Position numbers and translations under genes: made by a program. The notes under the pieces were generated by a model. That model saw nothing but the letters and a program-made list of their open reading frames with translations. It searched no databases and was not told the origin of the DNA. Positions 9,155 through 19,150 of a DNA stretch of 64,000 bases are shown in pieces. The DNA comes from an uncultured Candidatus Binatia bacterium (GTDB lineage Bacteria > Desulfobacterota > Binatia > UBA9968 > JAJDTQ01), in contig OZ251459.1 of assembly GCA_965242525.1 (NCBI GenBank), forward strand, positions 2,112,001 through 2,176,000, read 5' to 3'. How positions within the stretch are numbered: the first letter of the stretch is position 1; every line of letters begins with the position of its first letter.

Positions 9155-11055
9155 GGGGAACCTCCTCCCGGGTTGTTGTCTTCCACCTTTTGCGACTTCA
9201 CGAAATCGAATGCAACCACCGCGGCGCCCGCGGCAAGGCCTGCGGCCTGGACCGCGGCGCCGGGGTAGGCAAGCGCTGCGCAGCAGGCGAGGCGCACGGC
9301 GCGGGACGCCGGGGTCAGCGCACTGCGGTCGAACCCGCCGAGGCCCGTGACCAGCAGCCAGATGACGGCGCCGATCCGGAGCATGGCCCAGAGGAAGTCC
9401 GCGGGGTCGAACCCGGCCACGAGCAGCAACGACGGATGGAACACGAACATGTAGGGGATGACGAAACCCATGGTCGCAAGCCGAAGGGCGATGGCCCCGG
9501 TGCGCAACGGACTGGCGCCGGCGATGGGCGCCGCGGCGTAGGCGGCGAGGGCCACGGGCGGCGTGACCACGGACAACACGCCGAAATAGAGCACGAACAT
9601 GTGGGCCGCGAGCATCGGGATGCCCAGGTCCTGCAGCGCAGGCCCCATGACCAATACGATGATCAGGTACGCCGGCAGCGTGGGCAGGCCCATGCCGAGC
9701 ACCAGCGCGCCCAGCATGGTATAGACGAGGGACAGGAACAGGTCGCCGTCGCCCAGCGACAGGATCACGTTGGAGAAACGGAGCCCGATGCCGGTCATGT
9801 TGATGACCGCGAGGAGGACGCCGATGGCCCCCACCGCGATCAGGATGCGCGCCCCCGCAATGCCGCCGTTGGCGACCGCTTCCAGCATCGCTTGCGGACG
9901 GCGGCGCACCTCGGGGTTCACCAGGAACGGCAACACCAGCGCGGACAGCGCAGCCCAGAAACCCGCGGCCGCCGCGGACTGGCCGGAGACCAGGACGCCG
10001 ACCAGCACCGCGAGGGGCCCCGCGAACATGACCGACAGCAGCCAGTCCCGTTTCGTCAGGGCTTCGCGCTCCTCCCGGGGCGTGGGCCGGATCCCCAGGC
10101 GCGCGGCCTCTACGCCCACCGCGGCAAACAGGCTGCCGTAGTACAACAGGGCCGGGACCAGGGCGGCGACGGCCACCAGGAGGTAGGGCGTGTGCGTCAG
10201 CTCTGCGAGCAGGAACGCCGCGGCCCCGAGTATGGGCGGCATGATCTGGCCCCCGGAGGAGGCGGTGGTCTCCACCGCGCCGGCGAAGGCGGGCCGGAAC
10301 CCCCGCTTCTTCATCAGCGGGATGGTGAAGACGCCGGTGCCGACGACGTTTGCCACCGCGCTTCCCGACATGGCCCCGAACAGGCCGCTGGCGGCGATGG
10401 CGGCGTGGGCCGGCCCGCCCCGCATGCGGCCCGAGACGCGGACGGCGAACTTGAGCAGCACCGCGCCGGCGCCGCTTCCCTCCAGGATCGCGCCGAAGAC
10501 GATGTAGATGAAGACGACGTTGACCCCGACCCCCGTGGGCAGGCCGAACACCCCGTCCAGGCTGTACCATACGGTCTGGGCGATCTGCTCGGTGTTGAAA
10601 CCGACGTGGTGGAAGATCCACGGCAGTTGCCTGCCGAAGGCGGCGTAGATCAGGGCCAGGAAACCGAACAGGGCGAGGGGCAACCCCAGGGCGCGTCTGG
10701 CGAGCTCCAGGATCACCAGGGAAGACGCCAGGGCCGCGGCTAGGTCGAGGGTCGAGAACTCGAACAGGCCCGTCCAGAGCGCCTCGCGAATGGTGATGAG
10801 CTTGACCATCCCCACCGCGAGCACCGCCAGGAGGCACAGGTCGATGACGCCGGCCGCCTTCCCGGCCCGGGCCGAGGCCCCCAACCGCAGCGGGTAGAGA
10901 GCGAGGACGGCCGCGGCGGCCGCGGACATGGCCAGGGCTCGGTGGAGCCCCGGATCGAACAGGCCGAAACCCGAGGTGTAGAATGCCAGGAGGGCCAGGG
11001 CGAAACCGAGCACCGACGCGGCCCCGCTTCTCACGTTCGCCCCCAGCATACCCAT
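9151..11055 (-). CDS. TRAP transporter fused 4TM/12TM permease
   Basis: GGPA, SGSAVANVVGTG, ASSGGQIMPP, GMGLPT, VTPPVALAAYAAA motifs. Confidence 0.92.
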   Translation of the reverse strand: MGMLGANVRSGAASVLGFALALLAFYTSGFGLFDPGLHRALAMSAAAAAVLALYPLRLGASARAGKAAGVIDLCLLAVLAVGMVKLITIREALWTGLFEFSTLDLAAALASSLVILELARRALGLPLALFGFLALIYAAFGRQLPWIFHHVGFNTEQIAQTVWYSLDGVFGLPTGVGVNVVFIYIVFGAILEGSGAGAVLLKFAVRVSGRMRGGPAHAAIAASGLFGAMSGSAVANVVGTGVFTIPLMKKRGFRPAFAGAVETTASSGGQIMPPILGAAAFLLAELTHTPYLLVAVAALVPALLYYGSLFAAVGVEAARLGIRPTPREEREALTKRDWLLSVMFAGPLAVLVGVLVSGQSAAAAGFWAALSALVLPFLVNPEVRRRPQAMLEAVANGGIAGARILIAVGAIGVLLAVINMTGIGLRFSNVILSLGDGDLFLSLVYTMLGALVLGMGLPTLPAYLIIVLVMGPALQDLGIPMLAAHMFVLYFGVLSVVTPPVALAAYAAAPIAGASPLRTGAIALRLATMGFVIPYMFVFHPSLLLVAGFDPADFLWAMLRIGAVIWLLVTGLGGFDRSALTPASRAVRLACCAALAYPGAAVQAAGLAAGAAVVAFDFVKSQKVEDNNPGGGSP

Positions 11056-11130
11056 TGGTTATACGTATCGGCCAATGAAGTCTATCGTACCGGCTCGGGA
11101 AAACCTTTGCCGTCATGGAGGACACCGAAA

Positions 11131-11751
11131 ATGGAACAGAGCACGGCGCAACGAAGCAAGGTGGACCTGGAGGGGCTGCACCGCCCCGAGGTCCTGGCGA
11201 CGAAGGGCGTCCAGCCGCCCGCGGACATGCCCTTCCGCATCGGCAACATGGGACACGCCGTCCTGATGGTCCGGGACGTCGACGCGTCCGTTCGATTCTA
11301 CACCCGGGTGCTCGGCTTCAAGGTCTCCGACGTCTATCCCGACAGCATGGTCCAGGGCCGGATGGTCTTCCTGCGTTTCAACCGGGACCACCACGGTCTG
11401 GGCCTCGTGGGCCAAGCCAGGGAGGTTTCCGGGAACCGGGAACTGCACCACTTGGCGTTCGAGGTCCCTACACTCGACGACGTCTTCCGCGCAAGGGACC
11501 ACCTCGAGAAGAACGGCGTCGCCATCGACTTCCACGGCCGGAGGCGGGCGGGCTGCCAGGTATCGGTGGAGTTTCGGGACCCCGACGGCCACAGCCTGGA
11601 GATATTCTGGGGACTCGACAAGGTGGACTGGGAAGGCGAAGCGCGCCCGCCCGAAGAGTGGGTTCCCGAACCGTCGCTCGAAGAGGCCCTCGACCGCGCG
11701 CCGCGAGGACAGGACACCCGCCTTGCAGACCCCGGCTTGCGTCGAAGATAG
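11131..11751 (+). CDS. VOC (glyoxalase/extradiol dioxygenase-like) family protein
   Basis: GHAVLMVRD..FYTRVLGF, DHHGL, LHHLAFEV, FRDPDGHSLE metal-binding pattern. Confidence 0.85.
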   Translation: MEQSTAQRSKVDLEGLHRPEVLATKGVQPPADMPFRIGNMGHAVLMVRDVDASVRFYTRVLGFKVSDVYPDSMVQGRMVFLRFNRDHHGLGLVGQAREVSGNRELHHLAFEVPTLDDVFRARDHLEKNGVAIDFHGRRRAGCQVSVEFRDPDGHSLEIFWGLDKVDWEGEARPPEEWVPEPSLEEALDRAPRGQDTRLADPGLRRR

Positions 11752-11860
11752 GGCATTCTCCCACGACCAGCGGGCCGGAGGCCGGTACGTTCCTGAAACC
11801 TGCGCCGCTCCCTCACGCGGAAGCGCTACGGGCCTCGGCGGATCGGCTCCGGGCGCGTGC

Positions 11861-11948
11861 ATTCCGTATTGGCCGGTGCTATATTCCGAATTGGACGACA
11901 GGTTACTCCGAATTGGACGACACTGTATTCCGAACTGGACGAGCAGCC
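11861..11948 (+). repeat. Four direct repeats with exact 22-bp period (core ATTCCGAATTGGACGAC)
   Basis: Copies start at 11861, 11883, 11905 and 11927; the next period position, 11949, is the ATG of the downstream ATPase. Confidence 0.9.
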
Positions 11949-13208
11949 ATGCCGAACGAGACGGTACGCCCCGGGAAATACATGCCTCGGCACGCGGAGG
12001 CGCAGGTTCGGGTTGCGCTGGCGGACACCCGCATCGTCGCCATCGTCGGACCGCGGCAGTCCGGCAAGACGACGCTCGCTCGGCGCATCGCCCGTGACCA
12101 CGGCCGTCCTTTCGTCACGCTGGACGACGAACAGCACAGGCGGTTCGCCGAGGACGACCCCATCGGCTTCACTCGGAGCAACCCCGCCGCGGTGATCGAC
12201 GAGATCCAGCGCGTGCCGAGGCTCATCCTCGCAATCAAGCAAATGGTGGACGAGAACCCCCAACCCGGCCGCTATTTGATCACCGGCTCGGTGGACCTGT
12301 TCCGGGGCTCGATCTCTCCGGATTCGTTGGCGGGCCGCATCGAGACCATCGAATTGCTGCCGTTTTCCCAGGCTGAAATCGCCGGAGCCGGCTTGCCCGG
12401 TTTCTTGGACCGGGCCTTTGCGGGAGATTTCCCGAAACTCGCGAAGACGGGGCCCACGTCCGGCCTGACCGAACGCGTCCTCGCCGGCGGCTTCCCCGAA
12501 GCCCTTTCACGCGAGGTCCCCGCGCGGCGCCGGAACTGGCTGCTGTCCTATGCGCGCTCGCTGGCCCGACGCGACGTATCCGACATCGCCGCCATCGGAA
12601 AGCTCGATGAAATGGCCCGCCTCATGGACCACGCAGCCGCGTCCGCGGGCCAGTTGCTCAACATGTCCGGGCTCGGTTCACGGCTGGGCGTTGACGGCAA
12701 GACCGTCGATCGCTGGCTGAACCTGTTCGAGCACATGTTTCTCGTGCGTCGTGTTCGCGCCTGGCATCGCAACGACCTGAAACGGCTGGTCAGGACGCCG
12801 AAGCTCCAGTTCCTGGACTCCGGTCTGCTTGCCGCACTCCGCCGAGTGGACGCGGCGACCATCGACAGGGACCGGCGGCAGGTGGGGGCGCTGCTCGAAT
12901 GTTTCGTCCATTCCGAGCTCGTGAAAGCCGCCGCCCTGTCCGAAGAGCCGACGGCCATCAGCCACTACCGCGACAAGGACCGGGCCGAGGTCGATTTGGT
13001 CCTGGAGCGGTCACCGGGCGAGGTCGTCGGCGTGGAGGTCAAGGCGGGGGCCACCGTGCGCCCCGGCGACTTCAAGGGACTGGCCCGCCTGAAAGAAGCC
13101 GCAGGCCGACGGTTTTCCTGCGGCATCGTGCTCCACGACGGCGAACGGGTGCAAGAGGCGTCCCCCCGATTGTTCGCCATGCCCATCAGCGTACTGTGGG
13201 ACGCCTGA
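11949..13208 (+). CDS. AAA_14 ATPase with C-terminal DUF4143 domain
   Basis: GPRQSGKTT, IDEIQR, ITGS, LAGR, GGFP, PKLQFLDSGL, EVDLVLE..VEVKAG motifs. Confidence 0.9.
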   Translation: MPNETVRPGKYMPRHAEAQVRVALADTRIVAIVGPRQSGKTTLARRIARDHGRPFVTLDDEQHRRFAEDDPIGFTRSNPAAVIDEIQRVPRLILAIKQMVDENPQPGRYLITGSVDLFRGSISPDSLAGRIETIELLPFSQAEIAGAGLPGFLDRAFAGDFPKLAKTGPTSGLTERVLAGGFPEALSREVPARRRNWLLSYARSLARRDVSDIAAIGKLDEMARLMDHAAASAGQLLNMSGLGSRLGVDGKTVDRWLNLFEHMFLVRRVRAWHRNDLKRLVRTPKLQFLDSGLLAALRRVDAATIDRDRRQVGALLECFVHSELVKAAALSEEPTAISHYRDKDRAEVDLVLERSPGEVVGVEVKAGATVRPGDFKGLARLKEAAGRRFSCGIVLHDGERVQEASPRLFAMPISVLWDA

Positions 13209-13226
13209 GACCCCTCTCCGAAGAAT

Positions 13227-13287
13227 GCGTCCTTCGACTTCGCTTCGCTACGCTCAGGACGAACGGGGATCGTTGTTCCGGGTTTCC
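13227..13287 (+). repeat. REP family A copy (GCGTCCTTCGACTTCGCTTCGCTACGCTCAGGACGAACGG) with right MITE end
   Basis: Core identical to copies at ~18745, ~22781, ~18990(-), ~23330(-); TIR-like CGTTGTTCCGGGTTTCC at 13271-13287. Confidence 0.85.
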
Positions 13288-13343
13288 CTTGGAAGGGTCT
13301 TCCGGCTTTTGTGTGTGAAAGGTGGGAGGGACAGGAGTCAGGC

Positions 13344-13395
13344 CGTCGTTCCCGCAGACGCCCACCCCCGTCATTCCCGCGAAAGCGGGAATCCA
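13344..13395 (+). repeat. REP family B (dRS3-like CGTCATTCCCGCGAAAGCGGGAATCCA) plus partial copy
   Basis: Palindromic ATTCCC-N8-GGGAAT at 13369-13395, between convergent genes. Confidence 0.85.
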
Positions 13396-13405
13396 GGTTT
13401 CATAG

Positions 13406-14686
13406 CTATGGGTGCGGGGCGATCGTCTCCAGCCCGCCCATGTAGGGGCGCAGGGGCTCGGGGATGGCGACGCTGCCGTCTTGCTGCTGGCAGTTCTCCA
13501 GGATCGCCACCACGGTGCGGCCCACGGCCAGGCCGGAGCCATTGAGCGTGTGCGCGAAGAGCGGCCGCTGCCCGGGCCCCGGGCGGTAGCGGATGCCTGC
13601 GCGCCGGGCCTGGAAGTCCGTGCAGTTGGAACACGAACTGATCTCCCGGTAGGCGCTCTGGCCGGGCAGCCAGACTTCGATGTCGCAGGTCCGGGCCGCG
13701 GCGAAGCCCAGGTCCGCGGTGCACAACTCCACCACGCGATAGGGCAGTCCCAGCCGCCGGAGCACGGCCTCGGCGTCGCGGGTGAGGTTCTCCAATTCCT
13801 CGGGCGAGCGCTGCGGTTCGACGATCTTCACCAGCTCCACCTTGTTGAACTGGTGTTGCCGGATGAGGCCGCGCAGGTCCTGGCCGTAGGAGCCCGCTTC
13901 CCTGCGGAAACAGGGCGTGTAGGCGCAGTAGTTCCGGGGCAGGTCGCCCTGGTCGAGGACCTCCTCCCGGTGGATGTTGGTGAGGGGCACCTCCGCGGTG
14001 GGGATGAGGAAGTAGTCGGGGTCCCCGGTGTGGAACATGTCCGCTTCGAACTTCGGGAGCTGTCCGGTTCCGGTCATGGTGTCCCGGTTCACCAGGAACG
14101 GCGGCAGGATCTCCTCGTACCCGTGCTCCCGGGTCTGGAGGTCCAGCATGAACCCGATCAACGCCCGCTCCAGGAGCGCGCCCCGGCCACGGTAGAGGGT
14201 GAAGCGCGAGCCTGCGAGCTTGGCGCCCCGGGCGAAATCGAGGATCCCCAGGTCCTCGCCGATCTGCCAATGGTTCCTGGGAGTGAAGTCGAACGCCGGG
14301 GGTTCGCCCCAGGTCCGCAGCACCGGGTTGTCCGCGGCAGACTCGCCCACGGGGACCCCCGGGTCCGGCAGGTTCGGGAGGTGGAGCATGGACTCGTGGA
14401 ACCGGCGCTCCGCGTCGTTCAGGGGCTGCTCCAGCGCGTCGAGCTCCGCGCTGACGGCGCCGATGCGCTCCATCAGGGACGCGGCGTCGGCGCCGGACTT
14501 CCTGAGGCGACCGATCTCGCCGGAGAGTTTGTTCTTCTGCTCTTTCAGCCTCTCCCAGCGGGCGAGGGTCTCCCGCCGTCCGCGGTCCAGGGCGAGGAGC
14601 GCGTCCCAGTCCACGGGCGTCCGCCGCGCGGCCATGCGCTCCCTGACCATCTCGGGCTGCTCGCGCAAGATCCTGATGTCGATCAT
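13406..14686 (-). CDS. serS: Seryl-tRNA synthetase
   Basis: [56 protein letters not shown]. Confidence 0.98.
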   Translation of the reverse strand: MIDIRILREQPEMVRERMAARRTPVDWDALLALDRGRRETLARWERLKEQKNKLSGEIGRLRKSGADAASLMERIGAVSAELDALEQPLNDAERRFHESMLHLPNLPDPGVPVGESAADNPVLRTWGEPPAFDFTPRNHWQIGEDLGILDFARGAKLAGSRFTLYRGRGALLERALIGFMLDLQTREHGYEEILPPFLVNRDTMTGTGQLPKFEADMFHTGDPDYFLIPTAEVPLTNIHREEVLDQGDLPRNYCAYTPCFRREAGSYGQDLRGLIRQHQFNKVELVKIVEPQRSPEELENLTRDAEAVLRRLGLPYRVVELCTADLGFAAARTCDIEVWLPGQSAYREISSCSNCTDFQARRAGIRYRPGPGQRPLFAHTLNGSGLAVGRTVVAILENCQQQDGSVAIPEPLRPYMGGLETIAPHP

Positions 14687-14717
14687 CCGTGGTTCCTTAC
14701 GGTGGCCGCCGGCCCCT

Positions 14718-15089
14718 CTATGGCTCGGAACAGTCGAACGCGCTGCGGACGTGCTCGACTACCGGAGGCTCGGTCCGCAGCGAGATGCCGATGACGTCGA
14801 ACCGGACGTCCCGGTCGTGCAGTCCGTGTTGACTGAGGAAACAGAGGGCGGCGCGCTTCAACCTGCGCTGCTTGGCGGGACCCACGGACTCCAGCGGCGC
14901 GCCCGCGGTGTGCACCCTGCGGGTCTTCACCTCCACGAAGACCACCACGCGCCCGCTGAGGGCCACCAGGTCGATCTCGCCCCAGGGACACCGGTAGTTG
15001 CGTTCGACGATGGCGAAGCCGTGCCGCTTGAGGTAGCCCTCGGCGAGTTCCTCTCCGGCCTTGCCCAGGGATTTCCGCTCATGGCCCAT
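14718..15089 (-). CDS. yraN: YraN family protein
   Basis: [33 protein letters not shown]; follows rnhB. Confidence 0.93.
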   Translation of the reverse strand: MGHERKSLGKAGEELAEGYLKRHGFAIVERNYRCPWGEIDLVALSGRVVVFVEVKTRRVHTAGAPLESVGPAKQRRLKRAALCFLSQHGLHDRDVRFDVIGISLRTEPPVVEHVRSAFDCSEP

Positions 15090-15804
15090 CCCTATTTCTG
15101 GCACCAAAGAACGGAACCGGCAAGCCGCGCCCGGGGTCCCGGCAGGACTCCCGCACCGGCCGGAAGCTGCGCCGGTGGATGGGACAGGGGCCGTGCCGCC
15201 GCAGGGCCGCGGCATGGCTGCGGCTTCCGTACCCCTTGTTGCTGGCGAAACCGTACTCGGGATAGAGCGCGTCGAACTCCTCCATCATGCGGTCCCGGGC
15301 CACCTTGGCGAGTATGGACGCCGCGGCGATGGAGAAGCACAGGCTGTCTCCCCGCTTGATGGCCTTCTGCCGCGGCGCCGATGCTGCGCCGTCCTCCACG
15401 AAGCTGGCGGACGGTATGGCGTAAGGCCCGTCGATCATCAGGAAGTCCGGCGCCACCGCCAGGTCCCTGACGGCCCGGGACATGGCCAGCAGGCTCGCCT
15501 GCAGGATGTTGAGCCGGTCGATCTCCCGCGGCTCCGCAAGGCCCACGGCCCAGGAAGACGCCCGGCCCTCGATCCACTCGGCCAGGGTCTCGCGCCGCTT
15601 CCGGCTCAACGCCTTGGAGTCCTTCACGTCCGGGTGGAAGACCCCCCGCTCGAACACCACCGCCCCGGCCACCACCGGACCCGCCAACGGCCCCCGCCCG
15701 GCCTCGTCCACCCCCGCGATGCGCCGGAACCCGCGCGCGTACGCGTCCCGGGCATAGGCGTCCACGTCATGGCCGATCCCCCAGGGCTCCACGGGTCCGG
15801 GCAT
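15079..15804 (-). CDS. rnhB: Ribonuclease HII (alternative start at 15867)
   Basis: AGVDEAGRGPLAGPVVA, DSK, IAAASILAKVARD, HRRSF. Confidence 0.95.
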   Translation of the reverse strand: MPGPVEPWGIGHDVDAYARDAYARGFRRIAGVDEAGRGPLAGPVVAGAVVFERGVFHPDVKDSKALSRKRRETLAEWIEGRASSWAVGLAEPREIDRLNILQASLLAMSRAVRDLAVAPDFLMIDGPYAIPSASFVEDGAASAPRQKAIKRGDSLCFSIAAASILAKVARDRMMEEFDALYPEYGFASNKGYGSRSHAAALRRHGPCPIHRRSFRPVRESCRDPGRGLPVPFFGARNRDGP

Positions 15805-15892
15805 GGGCAGGAGGCCGTTCCGGGACGGCTCGGGGGACGACTCGCGCACGGTTGGTTTGCGGCCCATTCGAGGCGTATGGTAAGGAATCCGC

Positions 15893-16180
15893 GTGAAAAT
15901 CACCAGCGAAGAGGCGCGGCGCCTGGCCATGCTCGCGCGTCTGGACCTCTCGGAAGACGACCTGCAAACGCTCACCGGCCAACTCGACTCCATACTCGGC
16001 TACATGGACAAGCTCAACGAGTTGGACACGGACGGGGTGGAACCCATGTCCCACGCGGTGGACGTGGTCAACGCCATGCGCCCGGACCGGGCGGTGAACC
16101 GGCCGCGTACGGAAGAGTTGCTGGGCAACGCCCCGGACCGGGAACACGACTTCATCCGGGTCCCGAAAATCATTGAATGA
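15893..16180 (+). CDS. gatC: Asp/Glu-tRNA amidotransferase subunit C
   Basis: [28 protein letters not shown]; upstream of gatA. Confidence 0.95.
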   Translation: MKITSEEARRLAMLARLDLSEDDLQTLTGQLDSILGYMDKLNELDTDGVEPMSHAVDVVNAMRPDRAVNRPRTEELLGNAPDREHDFIRVPKIIE

Positions 16181-17634
16181 AGGTCCACGACCTCACCATC
16201 CGCGAGCTGCACGACAGGCTGCTCCGCGGGGACCTCACCTCCACGGAGTTGACGCAAGCGCTGTTCGACCGGATCGAGGACGCGGACGGGAAGATCGGCG
16301 CCTACCTCACGGTCTGCCGGGACCGGGGCATGGCGGAGGCCCGGGCCGCGGACGCGAGGCTTGCCGACGGCGACGCTTCGTCGAAACTCCTGGGGATTCC
16401 CTTCGCCCTCAAGGACGTGCTGCTCACCGACGGCGTGCCCACCACCTGCGCGTCCCGGATGCTGCAAGGCTTCACGCCGCCCTTCGACGCCACCGCGGTC
16501 CGACGCCTCAAGGAGGCGGGGGCGGTGCTGCTGGGCAAGACCAACATGGACGAGTTCGCCATGGGCTCCTCCACCGAGAACTCCGGCTTCTCCGTTACCC
16601 GCAACCCCTGGAACCCGGACCGCGTGCCGGGCGGCTCCTCGGGCGGGTCCGCGGCCGCGGTGGCCGCGGGCCAATGCGCCGCCGCCCTGGGCACGGACAC
16701 CGGGGGGTCCATCCGCCAACCCGCGGCCTTCTGCGGCGTCGTGGGGCTCAAGCCCACCTATGGGCGGGTGAGCCGGTTCGGGGTGGTGGCCTACGCCTCG
16801 TCCCTGGACCAGGTGGGTCCCATCACCCGTGACGTCTCCGATTGCGCACTGGCGCTCCGGGCCATCGCCGGCCATGACCCTGCCGACTCCACCTCGGTGG
16901 ACGCTCCCGTACCCGACTACGCCGCGGAGCTGTCCCGCGGCGCGTCCGGCCTGCGCGTGGGCGTTCCCAGGGAGTACTTCGTGGCGGGGATGCAACCCGA
17001 AGTGGAGCAGGCGGTGCGGCAGGGCGTGCGCGAACTCGAAAAGGCCGGGGCCCAGGCGGTGGAAGTCTCGCTGCCGCGAACCGGGTATGCGGTGGCCGCC
17101 TACTACGTCATCGCCACCGCGGAGGCCAGCTCGAACCTCGCCCGCTACGACGGCATGAGGTACGGCCCCCGGGCCCAGGCCGAAGACCTGACCTCCACCT
17201 ACACCAAGAGCCGCTCCCAGGGGTTCGGACCCGAAGTGAAACGGCGGATCATGCTCGGCGCCTACGTCCTCTCCGCGGGTTACTACGACGCCTACTACCT
17301 CAAGGCGCAAAAGGCGCGGACCCTGGTCCGGCAGGACTTCGAGGCGGTCCTGCGCCAGTGCGACGCCATCGTCGCCCCCACCACCCCCACCACAGCCTTC
17401 CGCATCCGGGAGATGACCGAAGACCCGCTACGGATGTACCTCTCCGACATCTTCACGGTCCCGGCCAACCTCGCAGGCCTGCCCGCCCTGTCCCTGCCCT
17501 GCGGCTTCGACCGCGCCGGACTCCCCATCGGCATGCAGGTCATCGGCCGCCCCTTCGACGAGTCCACGGTCCTGCGCCTGGGCCACGCCTTCGAGCAAGC
17601 CACGGACTGGCACAGGCGGAGGCCCGGGATTTAG
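16177..17634 (+). CDS. gatA: Asp/Glu-tRNA amidotransferase subunit A
   Basis: [52 protein letters not shown]. Confidence 0.98.
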   Translation: MKVHDLTIRELHDRLLRGDLTSTELTQALFDRIEDADGKIGAYLTVCRDRGMAEARAADARLADGDASSKLLGIPFALKDVLLTDGVPTTCASRMLQGFTPPFDATAVRRLKEAGAVLLGKTNMDEFAMGSSTENSGFSVTRNPWNPDRVPGGSSGGSAAAVAAGQCAAALGTDTGGSIRQPAAFCGVVGLKPTYGRVSRFGVVAYASSLDQVGPITRDVSDCALALRAIAGHDPADSTSVDAPVPDYAAELSRGASGLRVGVPREYFVAGMQPEVEQAVRQGVRELEKAGAQAVEVSLPRTGYAVAAYYVIATAEASSNLARYDGMRYGPRAQAEDLTSTYTKSRSQGFGPEVKRRIMLGAYVLSAGYYDAYYLKAQKARTLVRQDFEAVLRQCDAIVAPTTPTTAFRIREMTEDPLRMYLSDIFTVPANLAGLPALSLPCGFDRAGLPIGMQVIGRPFDESTVLRLGHAFEQATDWHRRRPGI

Positions 17635-17670
17635 GAGAGCCGAAATACGGATGGTACGGTCCCCAAAGCC

Positions 17671-17712
17671 TTGACAAGTCCTGGACTCTAAACTAGACTT
17701 AGCTAGACTTAG
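17671..17712 (+). promoter_or_regulatory. sigma70-type promoter with probable TA autoregulatory operator
   Basis: TTGACA(17671)-17 bp-TAGACT(17694); inverted repeat AGTCC-T-GGACT (17677-17687) and tandem CTAGACTTAG x2 (17693-17712). Confidence 0.7.
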
Positions 17713-17728
17713 TTGAGGTGAGACGCCT

Positions 17729-17980
17729 ATGAAAGTGAACATGCACCACGCCAAGTCCCAGCTTTCGAAGCTGGGCAAACTCGCATGGCAGGGTGAAGAT
17801 ATCGTGATTGCCAAGGCCGGCGAGCCGTACTTGCGGCTGACGCCCTATCGGGAACAGCTAGAGAAACGGAAGATGGGCGGGCTCGAGGGGCAGATCCGGA
17901 TGTCTCCGGAGTTCGACGACGACGATGAAGAACTCATCGGGTTGATCGAGAACTCGAAGATCTTCCCGGACGAGGATTGA
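17729..17980 (+). CDS. Phd/YefM-family antitoxin
   Basis: MKVNMHHAKSQLSKL...GEDIVIAKAGEPYLRL; overlaps the PIN toxin gene. Confidence 0.9.
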   Translation: MKVNMHHAKSQLSKLGKLAWQGEDIVIAKAGEPYLRLTPYREQLEKRKMGGLEGQIRMSPEFDDDDEELIGLIENSKIFPDED

Positions 17981-18363
17981 CCGTGCAGCGCCTGCTGCTG
18001 GACACCCATGTATTGGTGTGGTGGCTGTCCGCGGTTTCGAGGCTGACCGAAGGCGCCCGCGCCGCCATCTCAGACCCGGAAAACGACGTCTTCGTCAGCG
18101 CCATCACCGCGTGGGAGATCTCGGTCAAGCGGGCAAAGGGACAAATGACCGTCCCTGACAACCTGTCGGCAATCATCGAAGAAAGGGGGTTCATTCACCT
18201 TCCCCTGACCTTCCACCACGCAGAGCAGGCGGGCGTTCTCCCCATGCATCACCGGGACCCGTTCGACCGATTCCTCATCGCCCAAGCCCAGGCCGAGGGG
18301 CTCATCCTCATCACAAGGGACAGGCGCATCCCGCTCTACGGCATCCGCACGATGGCGGCTTAG
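17977..18363 (+). CDS. vapC: PIN-domain (VapC) toxin
   Basis: LLLDTH, SAITAWE, HRDPFDRFLIAQA, LITRD. Confidence 0.92.
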   Translation: MTVQRLLLDTHVLVWWLSAVSRLTEGARAAISDPENDVFVSAITAWEISVKRAKGQMTVPDNLSAIIEERGFIHLPLTFHHAEQAGVLPMHHRDPFDRFLIAQAQAEGLILITRDRRIPLYGIRTMAA

Positions 18364-18449
18364 GGCAGCCGTACCGAGCCCATCGTCGAGCGCGTGAAAC
18401 GTGAGGGACGGCCGGAGTTACCGGAGTGACATTGCGCCAGCGTCGGGAT

Positions 18450-18692
18450 TCACAGGTTCCAGGCATCCTCTTGCAGGATTTCACGAAGCTGTTCGGGTGA
18501 GACCCGCATCGGCTGTTCGCAAAACAACCTGTAAGCCGCTTCCCGCCGGTCGAGTGCTGGCGCTTTCGACGTCAGGTAATGCTCCAGGGCGTCCTGGATC
18601 AGTTCGCTGAATGGCCGGCCCTCATCCGCGGCCTGACGCCTTGCGCGCCGCAGGAGGTCGGCTTCGACGACGGTTCCGATCTTCTGTTTCAT
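18450..18692 (-). CDS. Ribbon-helix-helix antitoxin-like protein (orphan)
   Basis: MKQKIGTVVEADLLRRARRQAADEGRPFSELIQDALEHYL is an RHH/CopG-type pattern; no toxin ORF downstream. Confidence 0.7.
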   Translation of the reverse strand: MKQKIGTVVEADLLRRARRQAADEGRPFSELIQDALEHYLTSKAPALDRREAAYRLFCEQPMRVSPEQLREILQEDAWNL

Positions 18693-18696
18693 GCAG

Positions 18697-18804
18697 GGAA
18701 CCTCCGATCAATTCCGGCTCGATGCGCTTCTCCCTATGAAAAGCGCGTCCTTCGACTTCGCTTCGCTACGCTCAGGACGAACGGGGCAATTGTTCAGAGT
18801 TTCC
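18697..18804 (+). mobile_element. 108-bp MITE with IS5-like ends carrying REP family A
   Basis: TIRs GGAACCTCCGATCAATT / AATTGTTCAGAGTTTCC; flanked by 4-bp direct repeat GCAG (18693-18696, 18805-18808). Confidence 0.8.
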
Positions 18805-18937
18805 GCAGGTCTCTCCATCGGGTTGCGCCAGATTCGTGTCCTTATCGCACAGCGTTCACCGTAACGACAAATGGATCTTCCGGCTTTTGAATGGGCAAGG
18901 TTTCACGGCCTGCACGAAAGCCCGAAGAGTCCGTAAG

Positions 18938-19076
18938 GGAAACCCTGGACAACCATCCCCCGTTCGCCCCGATCCCGGCAAAATTCTCCGTTCGTCCTGA
19001 GCGTAGCGAAGCGAAGTCGAAGGACGCGCTTTCCCATAGGGAGATGCGCCTCAAGCCAGGATTGACCAGAGGTTCC
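18938..19076 (-). mobile_element. MITE of the same family, reverse orientation
   Basis: Ends GGAAACCCTGGACAACC and GATTGACCAGAGGTTCC; internal REP A; no intact TSD. Confidence 0.65.
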
Positions 19077-19081
19077 CACCT

Positions 19082-19150
19082 CGTCATTCCCTCTCATCCC
19101 GTCATTCCGGAGAAAGCCCACCCCGTCATTCCCGCGAAAGCGGGAATCCA
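19082..19150 (+). repeat. Cluster of dRS3-like REP family B copies (two partial, one full)
   Basis: CGTCATTCC x3; the full palindromic copy supplies the stop codon of the R-M gene. Confidence 0.85.

Noticed and set aside
18873-18932. Imperfect inverted repeat GGATCTTCCGGCTTTTG...CGAAAGCCCGAAGAGTCC, with half copies near 13295 and 23432
   Set aside because: May be ends of a second MITE family, but there is no TSD and too few intact copies to call.
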